Shown here: positions 1-9,852 of the stretch, piece after piece
Position numbering within the stretch: position 1 is the stretch's first letter
Layout: the number at the start of each line of letters is the position of its first letter
Origin: an uncultured Chloroflexia bacterium
GTDB taxonomy: Bacteria > Chloroflexota > Limnocylindria > Limnocylindrales > CSP1-4
Assembly: GCA_963720315.1 (NCBI GenBank)
Contig: CAVRFC010000002.1
Coordinates: 1,213,167-1,277,166, forward strand
DNA: 64,000 nucleotides
Reading direction: 5' to 3'
The notes under the pieces: model-generated
Told to the model about the DNA's origin: nothing
What the model saw: the letters and a program-made list of their open reading frames with translations, nothing else
Databases searched by the model: none
Position numbers and translations under genes: made by a program

Positions 1-528
1 GAATCGCTCCAGGAACTCGAAACCGGTCCCGTAGAGGTACGGCCGCCCCGGCGCTTCCGACCTGCCGAGCTCTACGACGAGACGGCGGTGGAGCAGCGAT
101 CGGATGGTGTAGTCCGAGTCGACACCCCGGATCCGCTCGATCGCCGACTTCGCGACCGGCTGGCGATACGCGACGATCGCGAGGGTCTCGAGGGACGCCG
201 GCGAAATTTGGATCGCATCGGTGCCGACGTACCGCGCGATCAGCGCGCCGGCCTCGGGCGCGGTCGCGAGCTCGACCCGGTCGCCGGCGAGGACGAGACG
301 GATCCCGCGCCGGCCGAGCGACACCTCGAGGTCGCCGAGCCGGGCATCGACAGTCGCCTGATCGACGCCCGCGAGGGTCGCGATCTCGCGGCGGCCAATG
401 GGCCGCTCGGCGACGAAGAGGAGAGCTTCCAGCTGGGCTTCGGTGAGCTCGGCGGGGCCGCTGTCCGTGTCCGTCCCGTCGTCTGCCGGATGGCCGGGCG
501 TGACTGCAGCGGTCAGTTCGTCGGTCAC
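1..528 (-). CDS. scpB: Segregation and condensation protein B (ScpB); 3' end lies outside the window
   Basis: Absent from the ORF track because it is open at the window edge. Manual minus-strand translation from GTG at 528 gives VTDELTAAV..EAQLEALLFVAERPIGRREIATLAGV..PASLETLAIVAYRQPVAKSAIERIRGVDSDYTIRSLLHRRLV.., a typical ScpB sequence. Its GTG overlaps the scpA stop (GTGA). Confidence 0.85.
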   Translation of the reverse strand, partial: MTDELTAAVTPGHPADDGTDTDSGPAELTEAQLEALLFVAERPIGRREIATLAGVDQATVDARLGDLEVSLGRRGIRLVLAGDRVELATAPEAGALIARYVGTDAIQISPASLETLAIVAYRQPVAKSAIERIRGVDSDYTIRSLLHRRLVVELGRSEAPGRPYLYGTGFEFLERF

Positions 529-1335
529 GAGAACGACTCCAGGCGTTCGTCGAGCGGCTGTTCGACAGGGGGCGCCGCGCCGGAGGTGCGCTCGTCAGGT
601 GTCGCCGCTCGGGCCACGATCGGGCCCCACGGCTCCTCCTGGGTGACGACGATCTCGCGCCGCTTCATCAGCTCGAGCATCGCGAGGAACGTGATCGCGA
701 CTACGACGCGGTCGCGGACGCCTCGCAGCAACTCCTGGAGAATGATGGTCCCTGCACCGGCGTCCCGGATCGCTGCGCGGATCATTTCTGCGCGCTCCAT
801 CATCGTGATCACCCGCGGGACGACCTCGGGCGGCGGCTCGGGCGGGAGAACGAGTCGTGCGAGGCCGTCGAGGGCCGTGACGAGGAGGCCAGCGCTGAGA
901 GGTGGCGCATCGCTGGGTCGCGCGCCGGCAAGTCCCGCGGCTGCGGCAGTCTGCAGGCTCTCGTCGGAAGAGCCCATTCCGGAAATGTGCCTCGTCGAGG
1001 AGTCGCGCACCGGCGTCCCGGTAGGCGCGGTAGAGCAGGAGGCGGGCGCGCAATTCGGCCTCGGGGTCTGGCTCCTCCTCGGGCAGGACGCCGGCCGGCA
1101 GCTCGACGTGGCGCGGCAGCATCGCCCGGCTCTTGATGAGGATTAGCTGGCTCGCGACGGCGACGAACGAGCTGACGTTCCCGAGACGGTCGTCCTCGAG
1201 CGAGGCGAGGGCGTCGAGATAGGCCTCGGCGAGGTCTCCGAGCGGCACGGTCAGCACGTCGAGCTGGCGAGCCTCGATCAGCGCCAGGAGCAGGGCGAGC
1301 GGCCCCGCGAAGTCAGGCAACTGGACGTGGGTCAC
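525..1335 (-). CDS. scpA: Segregation and condensation protein A (ScpA), reading frame broken by one apparent frameshift
   Basis: The N-terminal half is in ORF 595..1335 (MTHVQLPDFAGPLALLLALIEARQLDVLTVPLGDLAEAYL..). The C-terminal half is in the frame of ORF 525..1010 (..LVTALDGLARLV..VITMMERAEMIRAAI..VAITFLAMLELMKRREIVVTQEEPWGPI). The frames swap near 950-970. Confidence 0.8.
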
Positions 1336-1410
1336 GCGTGGCGTCGGGCCGGCGACCCTCGCCGAACGCGACGGACGTTCGGCCGATCGGCGACGCGGCC
1401 TCAGCGCCCA

Positions 1411-1908
1411 TCAATTCGCCTCGTCCGCCAGGCGCAGCCGCTCGCCGGCGTCTCCGTCCCGTGGCGCATCCTGATAGCGGATCAGCTCGACGGTGCGCGG
1501 CGAGCAGCCAGCGGCGGCCGCCAGTCGCGCGGAAACCTCAGGGTGGTGCTGGAGGCGTGCCAGGGCGGGGAGGAACCCCGGCAACGTGCCCGCGACCCGC
1601 CAGACCCACGAGCCGTACTCCTGGCCGAGCGAATACGCGACGCGCGGCCACAGGCCCGTGTCGCCCTTGCCGGCATCGTGCAGGAGTCCGGCGAGCAGCA
1701 GCTCCTCGTCGAGCTGGCCCTCCGAGCGGAGCGTCGCGACGACGTCCAGGCCATGGCGGCGATCGGCGACGTGCATCGCGTCGAACAGTGCCAGTTGGGG
1801 CAACGTCAACCACCCTTCAAGAGCGCGGCGCTCGGAAGCATCGACCCTGGCGCGTCGGTGCGCGCGGAACTGGCGGACTTTAGAGCCCCAGAAGGACGCG
1901 GGCGACAT
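1411..1908 (-). CDS. HD-domain phosphohydrolase family protein
   Basis: ORF 1411..1908 carries His and His-Asp signatures (AMHVADRRHG .. LLAGLLHDAGKGD). The start is uncertain because it overlaps the 3' end of the upstream M50 gene by 29 nt. Confidence 0.65.
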   Translation of the reverse strand: MSPASFWGSKVRQFRAHRRARVDASERRALEGWLTLPQLALFDAMHVADRRHGLDVVATLRSEGQLDEELLLAGLLHDAGKGDTGLWPRVAYSLGQEYGSWVWRVAGTLPGFLPALARLQHHPEVSARLAAAAGCSPRTVELIRYQDAPRDGDAGERLRLADEAN

Positions 1909-2515
1909 TGGTGATGATGCTACTGAGCGGCCGTGACAACGCCACGATGACGACGATCAGGATAAGAAAGCCGTATTGCTGCAGGATGGGACGCCACTGC
2001 CAAGCCATCTGCGGCGACATGACCCGGAACAGCAGGTTTGAACCGTCGAGGGGCGGAACCGGGATCATGTTGAACACGGCCAACCCAACGTTGTAGATGA
2101 CGAAGCTGAGGAGCAGCTGGTAGACAAGGGACGGGACGATCGTTCCTGTCGTATCGAGGATGCGGAAGGCGACCGCCGCGATGCTGGCCATGATCAGGTT
2201 CGAGGCTGGCCCGGCGAGCGCGACGAGAACCTCGCCGTTGCGCCGATCGCGCAGCATCGAGGGGTTGACCGGCGTCGGCTTCGCCCAGCCAAAGATCAGC
2301 CCAGTACCCAGGAAGGCTGTGATCACGAGGAACAGCCCGCCCATCGGGTCGAAGTGGACGATGGGATTGAGCGTCAGCCGGCCGAACATCTTGGCCGTGC
2401 CATCCCCTAGCCGGTACGCGACAAACGCGTGGGCGAACTCGTGGACCGGAAACGCCACGAGCAGGAAGATCGCGATCAGGATGATGGCGCTGGGAATCTC
2501 GCTGGCGTTGATCAC
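1880..2515 (-). CDS. Site-2 protease family (peptidase M50) integral membrane metalloprotease
   Basis: ORF 1880..2515 has an HExxH motif in a hydrophobic context (VHEFAHAFVAYRLGD), a second motif NMIPVPPLDGS, and several predicted TM helices. Confidence 0.85.
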   Translation of the reverse strand: MINASEIPSAIILIAIFLLVAFPVHEFAHAFVAYRLGDGTAKMFGRLTLNPIVHFDPMGGLFLVITAFLGTGLIFGWAKPTPVNPSMLRDRRNGEVLVALAGPASNLIMASIAAVAFRILDTTGTIVPSLVYQLLLSFVIYNVGLAVFNMIPVPPLDGSNLLFRVMSPQMAWQWRPILQQYGFLILIVVIVALSRPLSSIITNVARVLLGL

Positions 2516-2590
2516 GGATGCCTCAGGAACGGTGACGGGGACGCGGTAATCCTACCCGGGCCACCGGTCCGCGCGCGCCAGGCCGCGTCG

Positions 2591-3325
2591 TCAGAGTCGC
2601 CGGAGGATGTCCGCCTTCTTCGCCTCGTACTCCTCCGGGCTGATCGCGCCGCGATCGCGGAGATCGGCGAGGCTGGCGAGCGTGCGGGTCAGCTCGTCCG
2701 CCGTCATCTCCGTCCGCTGGGGCGCCTCGGACGGTGGTGCTGCACTGGGCGCGGGCGCAGGACCAGATGACGGTCCGGACGACGCCCGCAGCGGCGGCGA
2801 CGGCAGCGGCCGCGCCCCGGACAGCTCCAGCTCCAGCTCGTGCTTCGCTTCGAGCATGGCCCGCTTGAAATGGTCAGCGTCCTTGAGCATCCGCAGACGC
2901 GAGATCCCGGATTCAGACGCCGTCAGGATGTCCAAGTCACCGAACCCGAAGATCCGCCCGAACAACGACTGGGTCAGAACCGCGTCGTTGATCTTCTCGA
3001 GCGAGCTGTCGGTGACCTGCTTGTTGAGGACTCCCTCCAGCTGCAGGACCCGCCGCGTCGTGACGGCGAACTCCTCGTTCACCCAGCGAAGGATCTGCCA
3101 GCCGAGGTAGACGAGCCCGCCCAGGACGAGCGCGAGGACGACAAACCCGATGATTCGATCGACATCTCCGCTCGTCCTGGCGGCCGCTCGGAGAATCAGC
3201 AGCAGGATCGCGGCGACTATCACCAGGATCCCGTAACGTGCGTCGGCGACCAGCACGAACCAGTGCTGGTGTTCGCGCCGCAACACCCGTTCCCCCGACG
3301 CGAGCTTGCTGTCGATGTAGGCCAT
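2591..3325 (-). CDS. Membrane protein with bacterial PH (bPH_2/YdbS-like) domain and C-terminal SHOCT domain
   Basis: ORF 2591..3343 has two TM helices followed by EFAVTTRRVLQLEGVLNKQVTDSSLEKINDAVLTQSLFGRIFGFGDLDILT (bPH_2-like) and a C-terminal LADLRDRGAISPEEYEAKKADILRRL (SHOCT-like). I prefer the ATG at 3325, which is preceded by GGAGG, over the GTG at 3343. Confidence 0.7.
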   Translation of the reverse strand: MAYIDSKLASGERVLRREHQHWFVLVADARYGILVIVAAILLLILRAAARTSGDVDRIIGFVVLALVLGGLVYLGWQILRWVNEEFAVTTRRVLQLEGVLNKQVTDSSLEKINDAVLTQSLFGRIFGFGDLDILTASESGISRLRMLKDADHFKRAMLEAKHELELELSGARPLPSPPLRASSGPSSGPAPAPSAAPPSEAPQRTEMTADELTRTLASLADLRDRGAISPEEYEAKKADILRRL

Positions 3326-3343
3326 TCGGGCGTGTGCCTCCAC

Positions 3344-4258
3344 TCAGGCCCGCGGGTGAGCGCGAGCGTAGACCTCTCGGACCCGTTCTCCCGTCAGGTG
3401 CGTGTACAGCTGGGTCGTGCTGATACTCGCATGTCCAAGCAACTCCTGAACGATGCGCAGGTCGGCGCCACCCTCGAGCAGGTGGGTGGCGAAAGAGTGC
3501 CGCAGCGTGTGGGGGCTGATCCGATCGCCGAGCCCGGCGGTCCGGGCTGCGGCCTTGACGATGCTAAACCCCTGCTGCCGGGCGAGGCGTCGGCCGCGGT
3601 CGCCGATGAACAGCGGACCGCCACGGTCCGGTGACACGTGACCGATCGCCAGGAGGGCCGGCCGGCCCTCCACCAGCCACCGGTTCAGCCAATCAAGAGC
3701 CACGTCGCCAACCGGGACGAGCCGCTCCCGGTCGCCCTTGCCGATGACCCGCACGAACGCGCCGTCGACCGACAGTTGCTCCACATCGAGCCCGAGCGCC
3801 TCGCTGATCCGCAAGCCAGCCGCGTAGAGCAGCTCGAGGAGTGCCCGGCCGCGGAGATCCGGCGCGGCCTCGAGCAGCCGGTCGACCTCGTCGATCGTCA
3901 GCGTCTCCGGCAGCAGCCGGGGCTGGCGCGGCAGGTCGATGTGCTGCGCCACGTCGATGCGGATCAGCCCCTCACCGAACGCGAAGCGGTAGAAGCCACG
4001 GATGCTCGCCGCCCGGCGGCGGAGAGACGTCGGGGCGAGACCTGGATCGTGGGGCCGGCCGCGGCGGGTCCGCGCAGCGAGGTAGCGGAGGGCCGCATCC
4101 GGCGTGCGGTCCCAGTCGGCGGCGCTGCCCCGCGTCGAGGCGAAGTCGTCGAGGTCGCCGCGGTAGGCGCGAATCGTCGCCGGCGAGAGGCCGCGTTCGG
4201 CCCGCAAATACGTTAGAAAGTCATTGATCGCACGATCGAGCGTCGTGGGGCCCGGCAC
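3344..4258 (-). CDS. xerD: Site-specific tyrosine recombinase XerD
   Basis: ORF 3344..4258 has an N-terminal SAM-like domain (FLTYLRAERGLSPATIRAYRGDL) and a catalytic C-terminus (HTLRHSFATHLLEGGADLRIVQELLGHASISTTQLYTH). Its position next to recN/scpAB matches xerD synteny in Actinobacteria. Confidence 0.85.
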   Translation of the reverse strand: MPGPTTLDRAINDFLTYLRAERGLSPATIRAYRGDLDDFASTRGSAADWDRTPDAALRYLAARTRRGRPHDPGLAPTSLRRRAASIRGFYRFAFGEGLIRIDVAQHIDLPRQPRLLPETLTIDEVDRLLEAAPDLRGRALLELLYAAGLRISEALGLDVEQLSVDGAFVRVIGKGDRERLVPVGDVALDWLNRWLVEGRPALLAIGHVSPDRGGPLFIGDRGRRLARQQGFSIVKAAARTAGLGDRISPHTLRHSFATHLLEGGADLRIVQELLGHASISTTQLYTHLTGERVREVYARAHPRA

Positions 4259-4266
4259 GTCAGGTG

Positions 4267-5968
4267 TCAGCCTCGGCCAGCCGTGGCCGCACGCCAGCCC
4301 TCCGCGCGGTCGAGCAACTCACCGGCTGAGGCAACGGCGGTCGAGCCGCCGCCGCTCCCCGCCAGCATCTGGGCGAGCTCCGCGATCCGAGCTTCGCGAT
4401 CCAGTTCGGCGACCTCGGTCACGGTCCGGCCGTCGCGCTCCCGTTTTGTGATCTGGAAATGGGCGTCGGCATGGGCGGCGATCTGCGGCAGGTGGGTCAC
4501 GCACAGCACCTGGTGCCGGCGGGCGAGCGTCCACAGGCTGCGCCCAATCGGGTCAGCGCTTCGGCCCCCGATCCCGGTGTCGACCTCGTCGAAGACGAGC
4601 GTCGGTGTCTCGTCCGCCGCCGCGAGGACCTGCTTGATCGCAAGGGCGACGCGGCTCATCTCGCCACCGGAGGCAATCTTGGCGAGTGGGCGCGGTGGCT
4701 CGCCCGGGTTCGGTGCCAGTCGGTAGACGACCTCGTCGATGCCCGCTCCGTCGAAGGCGATCGCATCGCCGCCGATCTCGACCGCCGGCTCGTCCCGGCC
4801 CGCCGGTCGCCGGCCCAGGACCACTTCGAAGACCCCGGCCGCGAACCCGAGCTCCTCGAGCACGCTGCCCACCTCGTCGGTCAACGCGCGGGCAGCCTCG
4901 GTTCTGGCCTGTGACAGCTCATTGGCGGCTCCCGCGACGGCCACCAGCAACCGGGCCTGCTCCGCCTGGCGGTTCGCCCGCTCCACGTCCAGGGTTCGGA
5001 GCCGCTCTGCCTCAGCCGCTGCGAGCTCGCCGTGGGCGATGACCGCTGCCTCGTCGTCGCCGTAGCGGCGCTCCAGTCCGAAGATCGTCGAAAGGCGCTC
5101 CTCGAGCCGGGCGAGCTCCGAGGGGTCGTGATCGACCGCCTCCGACAGCTCGCGAGCCGTCGACGCGACGTCCGCGATGTCAGCCTCGAGGCCTTCGAGG
5201 CGTTCGGCCAGCGGCTCGAATCGGGCGTCCAGTCGGGCGAGCGCCCGGGCCTCGCGCAGGCCGATCGCGACGGACTCTCGGGCACCACCCTCCTCGGCGA
5301 TGAGGGCGTCGTGGAGCGTCGCCGAGCTCCGGGCGATCGCCTCCCCGTGCTGGGCGGCTTCCAGCCGGCCGCGAATCTCGGCGGCCTCGCCGGGTCGCAG
5401 ACGCGCAGCCGCGATCTCCGTCGCCTCGTGCTCGCTGCAGCTCTAGCCGCCGGGCAAGCTCGCGCGGGTCAAGTTCGAGCTCGGCTAGGGCCGCTCGGTT
5501 TGCCCGCCAGCGATCGACGGCTTCGGCCATGGCGCCGCGGAGCGCGGCGTGGCCACCGAACGCGTCGAGCAGGTCGCGCTGCCAGCGCTCGTCGAGCAGC
5601 CGCTGCTGATCGTGCTGCCCGTGGATCTCGACGAGGGCCCCGGCCACGTCCGCCAGTCGCGCCGCGGTCACCGGCTCGTCATCTAGCCGTGCGGTCGATC
5701 GGCCGCTGAACGCGACTTCCCGGACGGCGATGAGCGGCTCTGGGACGCGGTCGAAAAGCGCCGTGACCCGGGCCGTCTCCGCCCCGTGCCGGACGAGCGT
5801 TGTGTCGGCCCTGGCACCAGTGGCGAGTCCGAGGGCATCGATCAACAGGCTCTTGCCCGCGCCGGTCTCGCCGGTGAAGACGTTCAGGCCGGGAGCGAGC
5901 TCGAGCCGCAGCCGCTCGATCAGGGCGAGGTCGGCGACGGAGATCTCGAGGAGCCGGCCCGCGTTCAC
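4267..5968 (-). CDS. recN: DNA repair protein RecN, reading frame broken by one apparent frameshift
   Basis: The N-terminus is in ORF 5180..5968 (MNAGRLLEISVADLALIERLRLELAPGLNVFTGETGAGKSLLIDAL). From about 5438 the conserved sequence continues in another frame (SEHEATEIAAARLRPGEAAEIRGRLEAAQHGE..). That frame runs into ORF 4267..4986 (..ASGGEMSRVALAIKQVL..LVFDEVDTGIGG..). Confidence 0.85.
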
Positions 5969-6810
5969 GATGGCAGCAGTTCCACCTTGTGCCGGAACAG
6001 ATCCCAGAACGGCTGGGCCCCCTTCGGCTCGACGAGGCGGATCGGCCGGTCGAGCGCCCGGACCTCGACCACGTCGCCGACGGCGATCGGGATGTCCTCT
6101 CGGCCATCGATGCTGACGAGCGCCTCGTGGGCGTCGACGACGCGGCAGCGCACGATCTGCTTCGGGCCGACGACAACCGAACGGATCGCGGACAGGTAAC
6201 CGGCGATCGGAGTGACGATCAGGTTCCGGCTGAGCGGGTCGACGACCGGGCCGCCCGCGCTGAACGAGTAGCCGGTCGAACCGGTCGGGCTGGAGACGAC
6301 GAGGCCGTCGGCGATGAACGTCGCCAGGTGCGAGGGCCCGATCTCGACATCGAGGCGGCAGACGCGGGCGAGCGCGCCACGGGCGACGACGACGTCGTTG
6401 AGGGCATGATGTGGCGGGCCGGTGGCCTCGCGGCCGGCGGGCAGGATGCGAGCCTGGAGTGCCATCCGCTCGTCGATCGCGTATTCGCCCGCGACGAGCT
6501 TCCCAAGGACGGCTTCGAGCTCCGTGGCCTCAGCCTTCGAGAGGAAGCCGATCTTGCCGAGGTTGATGCCGAGCAGCGGCACGTCGACCTCGATGACGGC
6601 GCGAGCCGCTCGCAGAAACGTGCCGTCACCACCGAGGACGACAAGGATGTCGGTCGTCGGCAACTGGCTGACCATTGAATCGAAATCCTGCGCCTGGGCG
6701 GCCCAATGGTCGATGCCGCGCATCCGGCACCAGCCGGCGGCCCGTTCCCGGACCTCGACCGCGGCCTCGTTCGTCGGGTTGTAGGCGAAACCGATCCGGT
6801 CGACGCTCAC
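5965..6810 (-). CDS. nadK: NAD(+) kinase
   Basis: ORF 5965..6852 contains GGDGTFLRAAR, NLGKIGFL and SSPTGSTGYSFSAGGPVV motifs. I prefer the GTG at 6810 (VSVDRIGFAYN), which overlaps the tlyA stop as GTGA. Confidence 0.85.
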   Translation of the reverse strand: MSVDRIGFAYNPTNEAAVEVRERAAGWCRMRGIDHWAAQAQDFDSMVSQLPTTDILVVLGGDGTFLRAARAVIEVDVPLLGINLGKIGFLSKAEATELEAVLGKLVAGEYAIDERMALQARILPAGREATGPPHHALNDVVVARGALARVCRLDVEIGPSHLATFIADGLVVSSPTGSTGYSFSAGGPVVDPLSRNLIVTPIAGYLSAIRSVVVGPKQIVRCRVVDAHEALVSIDGREDIPIAVGDVVEVRALDRPIRLVEPKGAQPFWDLFRHKVELLPS

Positions 6811-7631
6811 GCCGCGGTTACCTCGCGGATCAGGTCGTCGATCTCGGCGCACGACGGGCCGGCCTGGAGGTGGACGAGGAATTCGCGATTGCCCTCCGGC
6901 CCGAGGATCGGCGAGGCGATCACGCCCCTGGCGCCTAGGCCCAGCGTCCGGGCGGCCGCCACGATCCGCTCGAGCACCTCCTGGTGGATCGCCGGGTCCC
7001 TGACGACACCATGGTCCGTCCTGCCCCGACCCGCCTCGAACTGAGGCTTGACGAGGGCCACGATCGGAGCATCGGGACCGGGGCGCAGCGTTGCCGCGAC
7101 CGGTCCCAACACGAGGCCGAGCGAGATGAACGAGACGTCGATGACGGCGAGGCCCACCGGTTCCGGCAGGGAGTCCGGACCGAGCGTTCGGGCGTTCGTC
7201 CGCTCCATCGAAACGACCCGCTCGTCGCGGCGCAGCGGTTCGGCGAGCTGGCCCCGGCCGACATCGACGGCATACACCCGACGCGCGCCGCGCTGGAGGA
7301 GGACGTCCGTGAAGCCGCCGGTGGAGGCGCCGGCGTCCAGGCAGACGCGACCGGCCGGGTCGATCCCGAAGGCGTCGAGCGCAGCGGCAAGCTTGTGGCC
7401 GCCGCGGCTGACGTACGGATCGCGTTCCGTGAGCGCCAGCGGTGTCGCCGCGTCGATGAGGTCGCCGGCCTTGCGGTCGAGACGGGCGGCGTCTCCCTCC
7501 CCCACCCTGACCCGACCCGCGAGCACGAGCGCCTGGGCCTTCGCTCGAGAGTCGGCGAGACCTCGTTCGACGATGAGCTGGTCCAGGCGCTGCCGGGCCG
7601 GCTTCTGGGGCGGCGTGGAGGTCGGGCTCAC
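6807..7631 (-). CDS. tlyA: TlyA family rRNA 2'-O-methyltransferase (hemolysin A-like)
   Basis: ORF 6807..7631 has an S4 domain (RLDQLIVERGLADSRAKAQALVLAGRVRV) followed by an FtsJ-like methyltransferase (CLDAGASTGGFTDVLLQRGARRVYAVDVG). Confidence 0.85.
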   Translation of the reverse strand: MSPTSTPPQKPARQRLDQLIVERGLADSRAKAQALVLAGRVRVGEGDAARLDRKAGDLIDAATPLALTERDPYVSRGGHKLAAALDAFGIDPAGRVCLDAGASTGGFTDVLLQRGARRVYAVDVGRGQLAEPLRRDERVVSMERTNARTLGPDSLPEPVGLAVIDVSFISLGLVLGPVAATLRPGPDAPIVALVKPQFEAGRGRTDHGVVRDPAIHQEVLERIVAAARTLGLGARGVIASPILGPEGNREFLVHLQAGPSCAEIDDLIREVTAA

Positions 7632-7683
7632 CCGACTATCGTGGCACAGCCCGCTTCACCGCGGCTCATCAATGCCGGCGCTG

Positions 7684-9744
7684 CTACCCCGCGGCCACAG
7701 GCCGGTTCGCGGGCGCACCGGGCGCCGCGACACCGAGAGACACCAGCGTTTCGGCCACCTGGGCCGCGAGACCGGCGGCGTCAAGCCGCAGCATCCGTCG
7801 CAGGTCCGTGACGGAGCCGTGGTCGACGAACCTGCCACCGGGAATACCAATGATGCTGACGCGCACGTCCCGCAGGGCGGCGTCCGTCAGCCGGGCCTCC
7901 TCGATCGCTTCGAGGACACCGGATCCGAACCCGCCGGTCTCGACGCTCTCCTCGAACGTCGCGACGAGCTTCTTGCCCCGCGCCTGGTCCAAGATGAGGT
8001 CGCGATCGAACGGCTTTGCGAAGCGGGCGTTGATCACGCCGGTCGACCAGCCGTCGCTGGCGAGCGCATCGGCGGCTTCGAGGGCGCGAGCGACGATCGG
8101 GCCGAACCCGACGAAGAGCAAGTCACTCCCTTCCCGCAGAACCTCACCCCGCCCAATCGGCAGCAGCTCGGGTTCGATCGGTGCCAGGCCGAAGCCCGCG
8201 TCGCGCGGATAATGGAGGGCGAACGGGTGGTCCTGGGCGAGCGCCGTCCGGAGCAACGATCGGAGCTCCTGTTCGTCCTTCGGCGACGCGATCACGAGAT
8301 TCGGAAGCTGCCGCTGGGCTGGAATCGTGAACATGCCCTGGTGGCTCGTCCCGTCCTCGCCGACGAGCCCGGCGCGATCGACCGCCAGCAGGACCGGCTG
8401 GTCGTTCTGGCAGACGTCGTGGACGGTCTGGTCGAAGGCCCGCTGCAGGAACGTGGAGTAGAGCGCGACGACGGGCCGCATGCCGCCCATCGCAAGCCCC
8501 GTTGCCAGCGCCATCGAATGCTGCTCCGCGATCCCGACATCGACGAATCGCTCCGGGTAGACGGCCTGGAACTTCGACATTCCGGTTCCTGTAGGCATGC
8601 CGGCCGTGATCCCGACGATCCGGCGATCGCTTCGGGCAAGCTCGATCAGCTCCGCCGCGAAGACCGCCGTGTAGTTCGGGTGTTTCTTCGGCGCCGGGAG
8701 GGCGGTCGGCGGCGCGGCGTCGTCGGCCATCGACTCGGATGGCATCGTCGCCTTCGACCCGACCGCCGTCGCTGCAGCCGGGGCCGCTGTCGGGGCGCCG
8801 GCCGTGGCGCCGTTCCCGTTGGTCGTGGGCACGCTCATCGGCGGCAGCGCCGCGCCATGGAAGCCGATCTGGTCGGTCTCGGCCGGCGAGAATCCGCGGC
8901 CCTTCTGGGTCCGGACGTGGACGATGACGGGGCCTTTCAACTCGAGCGCCTGGCTGAATGTCGATAGCAGGGCCCGGATGTCGTGACCCGGCACGAGCCC
9001 GATGTATGTGATACCGAGGTCCTCGAACAGCTGGCCCGGCTGGACGAAATTGACGACCGAGGCGCGAAGGCGCTGGCTCAGCTCACGCACCGTGGGGCCG
9101 ATAACCGGGATCCGCCCGACGAGGTCGTCGTACGCGGTCTTGCTGGACTGCCAGGTCCCGGACAGCTTGATCTGGCTGAGGTACTTCGAGAGGCCGCCGA
9201 CGGTAGGGCTGATCGACATCTCGTTGTCGTTCAGGACGATGAGCAGCTGGGTCTTGCGCTGGCCGATGTCGTTGAGCGCCTCGAGGCTCAGGCCGCTGGT
9301 GATTGCCGCGTCCCCGACGACGACGGCGATCCGCTCGAGCCCGTGGCGCAGGTCCCGTGCAGTCGCCAGCCCCTGCCCGATCGACAGCCCGGTACCGGCG
9401 TGGCCGCCGTCGAAGACGTCGTGCTCGGACTCGGATCGCCGCGGGAAGCCGCCCACGCCGCCGACGGATCGGAGCGTGCCGAACCGCTCGAAGCGACCGG
9501 TCAGCAGCTTGTGCGGGTACGCCTGGTGGCCGGTGTCCCAGACGATCCGGTCGCGCGGCGACTCCAGGAGGCGGTGAAGCGCAATCGTGAGTTCGACGAC
9601 TCCGAGCGAGCTTCCTAGGTGGCCGCCGGTAGTGGCGACGGTCGCGATGATCGTCTCGCGAATCTCGGCCGCGAGTTGTTCGAGCTGGGCCTGGGTCAGG
9701 CCCCGAAGGTCGGCCGGACCGTGAAGCGTCGGGAGGATCGGCAC
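7684..9744 (-). CDS. dxs: 1-deoxy-D-xylulose-5-phosphate synthase
   Basis: This is the C-terminal 687 codons of ORF 7684..10764 (VPILPTLHGPADLRGL..GGHLGSSLGVVELTIALH..WDTGHQAYPHKLLTGR..). A GTG at 9744 is preceded by AGGAG 9 nt upstream. The upstream 340 codons of the ORF are antisense to a real plus-strand gene and look non-protein-like. Confidence 0.9.
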   Translation of the reverse strand: MPILPTLHGPADLRGLTQAQLEQLAAEIRETIIATVATTGGHLGSSLGVVELTIALHRLLESPRDRIVWDTGHQAYPHKLLTGRFERFGTLRSVGGVGGFPRRSESEHDVFDGGHAGTGLSIGQGLATARDLRHGLERIAVVVGDAAITSGLSLEALNDIGQRKTQLLIVLNDNEMSISPTVGGLSKYLSQIKLSGTWQSSKTAYDDLVGRIPVIGPTVRELSQRLRASVVNFVQPGQLFEDLGITYIGLVPGHDIRALLSTFSQALELKGPVIVHVRTQKGRGFSPAETDQIGFHGAALPPMSVPTTNGNGATAGAPTAAPAAATAVGSKATMPSESMADDAAPPTALPAPKKHPNYTAVFAAELIELARSDRRIVGITAGMPTGTGMSKFQAVYPERFVDVGIAEQHSMALATGLAMGGMRPVVALYSTFLQRAFDQTVHDVCQNDQPVLLAVDRAGLVGEDGTSHQGMFTIPAQRQLPNLVIASPKDEQELRSLLRTALAQDHPFALHYPRDAGFGLAPIEPELLPIGRGEVLREGSDLLFVGFGPIVARALEAADALASDGWSTGVINARFAKPFDRDLILDQARGKKLVATFEESVETGGFGSGVLEAIEEARLTDAALRDVRVSIIGIPGGRFVDHGSVTDLRRMLRLDAAGLAAQVAETLVSLGVAAPGAPANRPVAAG

Positions 9745-9852
9745 GCGGGCTTGCTCCTGGGGAATTGGTGGGCGGTGCAGGAACGGGACGGCTGGCTGAA
9801 TGCGAGCGTGATGCCCGACCTGTGCGCCACATCTTGACACTGATCGGGAACG

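Noticed and set aside
3344-4258. The two tyrosine recombinase genes (3344..4258 and 45774..46748) as markers of integrated mobile elements.
   Set aside because: Both have full Xer-type sequence and sit in the canonical chromosomal contexts of xerD (recN/scpAB side) and xerC (topA/dprA side). There are no flanking direct repeats, tRNA targets or cargo genes.
5425-5450. Programmed ribosomal frameshifting or genuine pseudogenisation as the primary explanation for the frame breaks.
   Set aside because: I saw no slippery heptamer plus downstream structure at the junctions. The breaks affect unrelated genes, including essential alaS. Two are simple homopolymer length deficits. Indel error is the parsimonious explanation, although it cannot be proven without reads.
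7048-8967. Long antisense ORFs: 7048..8967 (+), 22602..24272 (+), 28101..30089 (+), 42859..44061 (+), 44667..45944 (+), 51707..53740 (+), and many shorter ones on both strands.
   Set aside because: All lie opposite genes with unambiguous conserved protein sequence. They have the Arg/Pro/Gly/Ala-dominated composition expected from stop-poor alternative frames of GC-rich DNA. None shows a recognisable motif.
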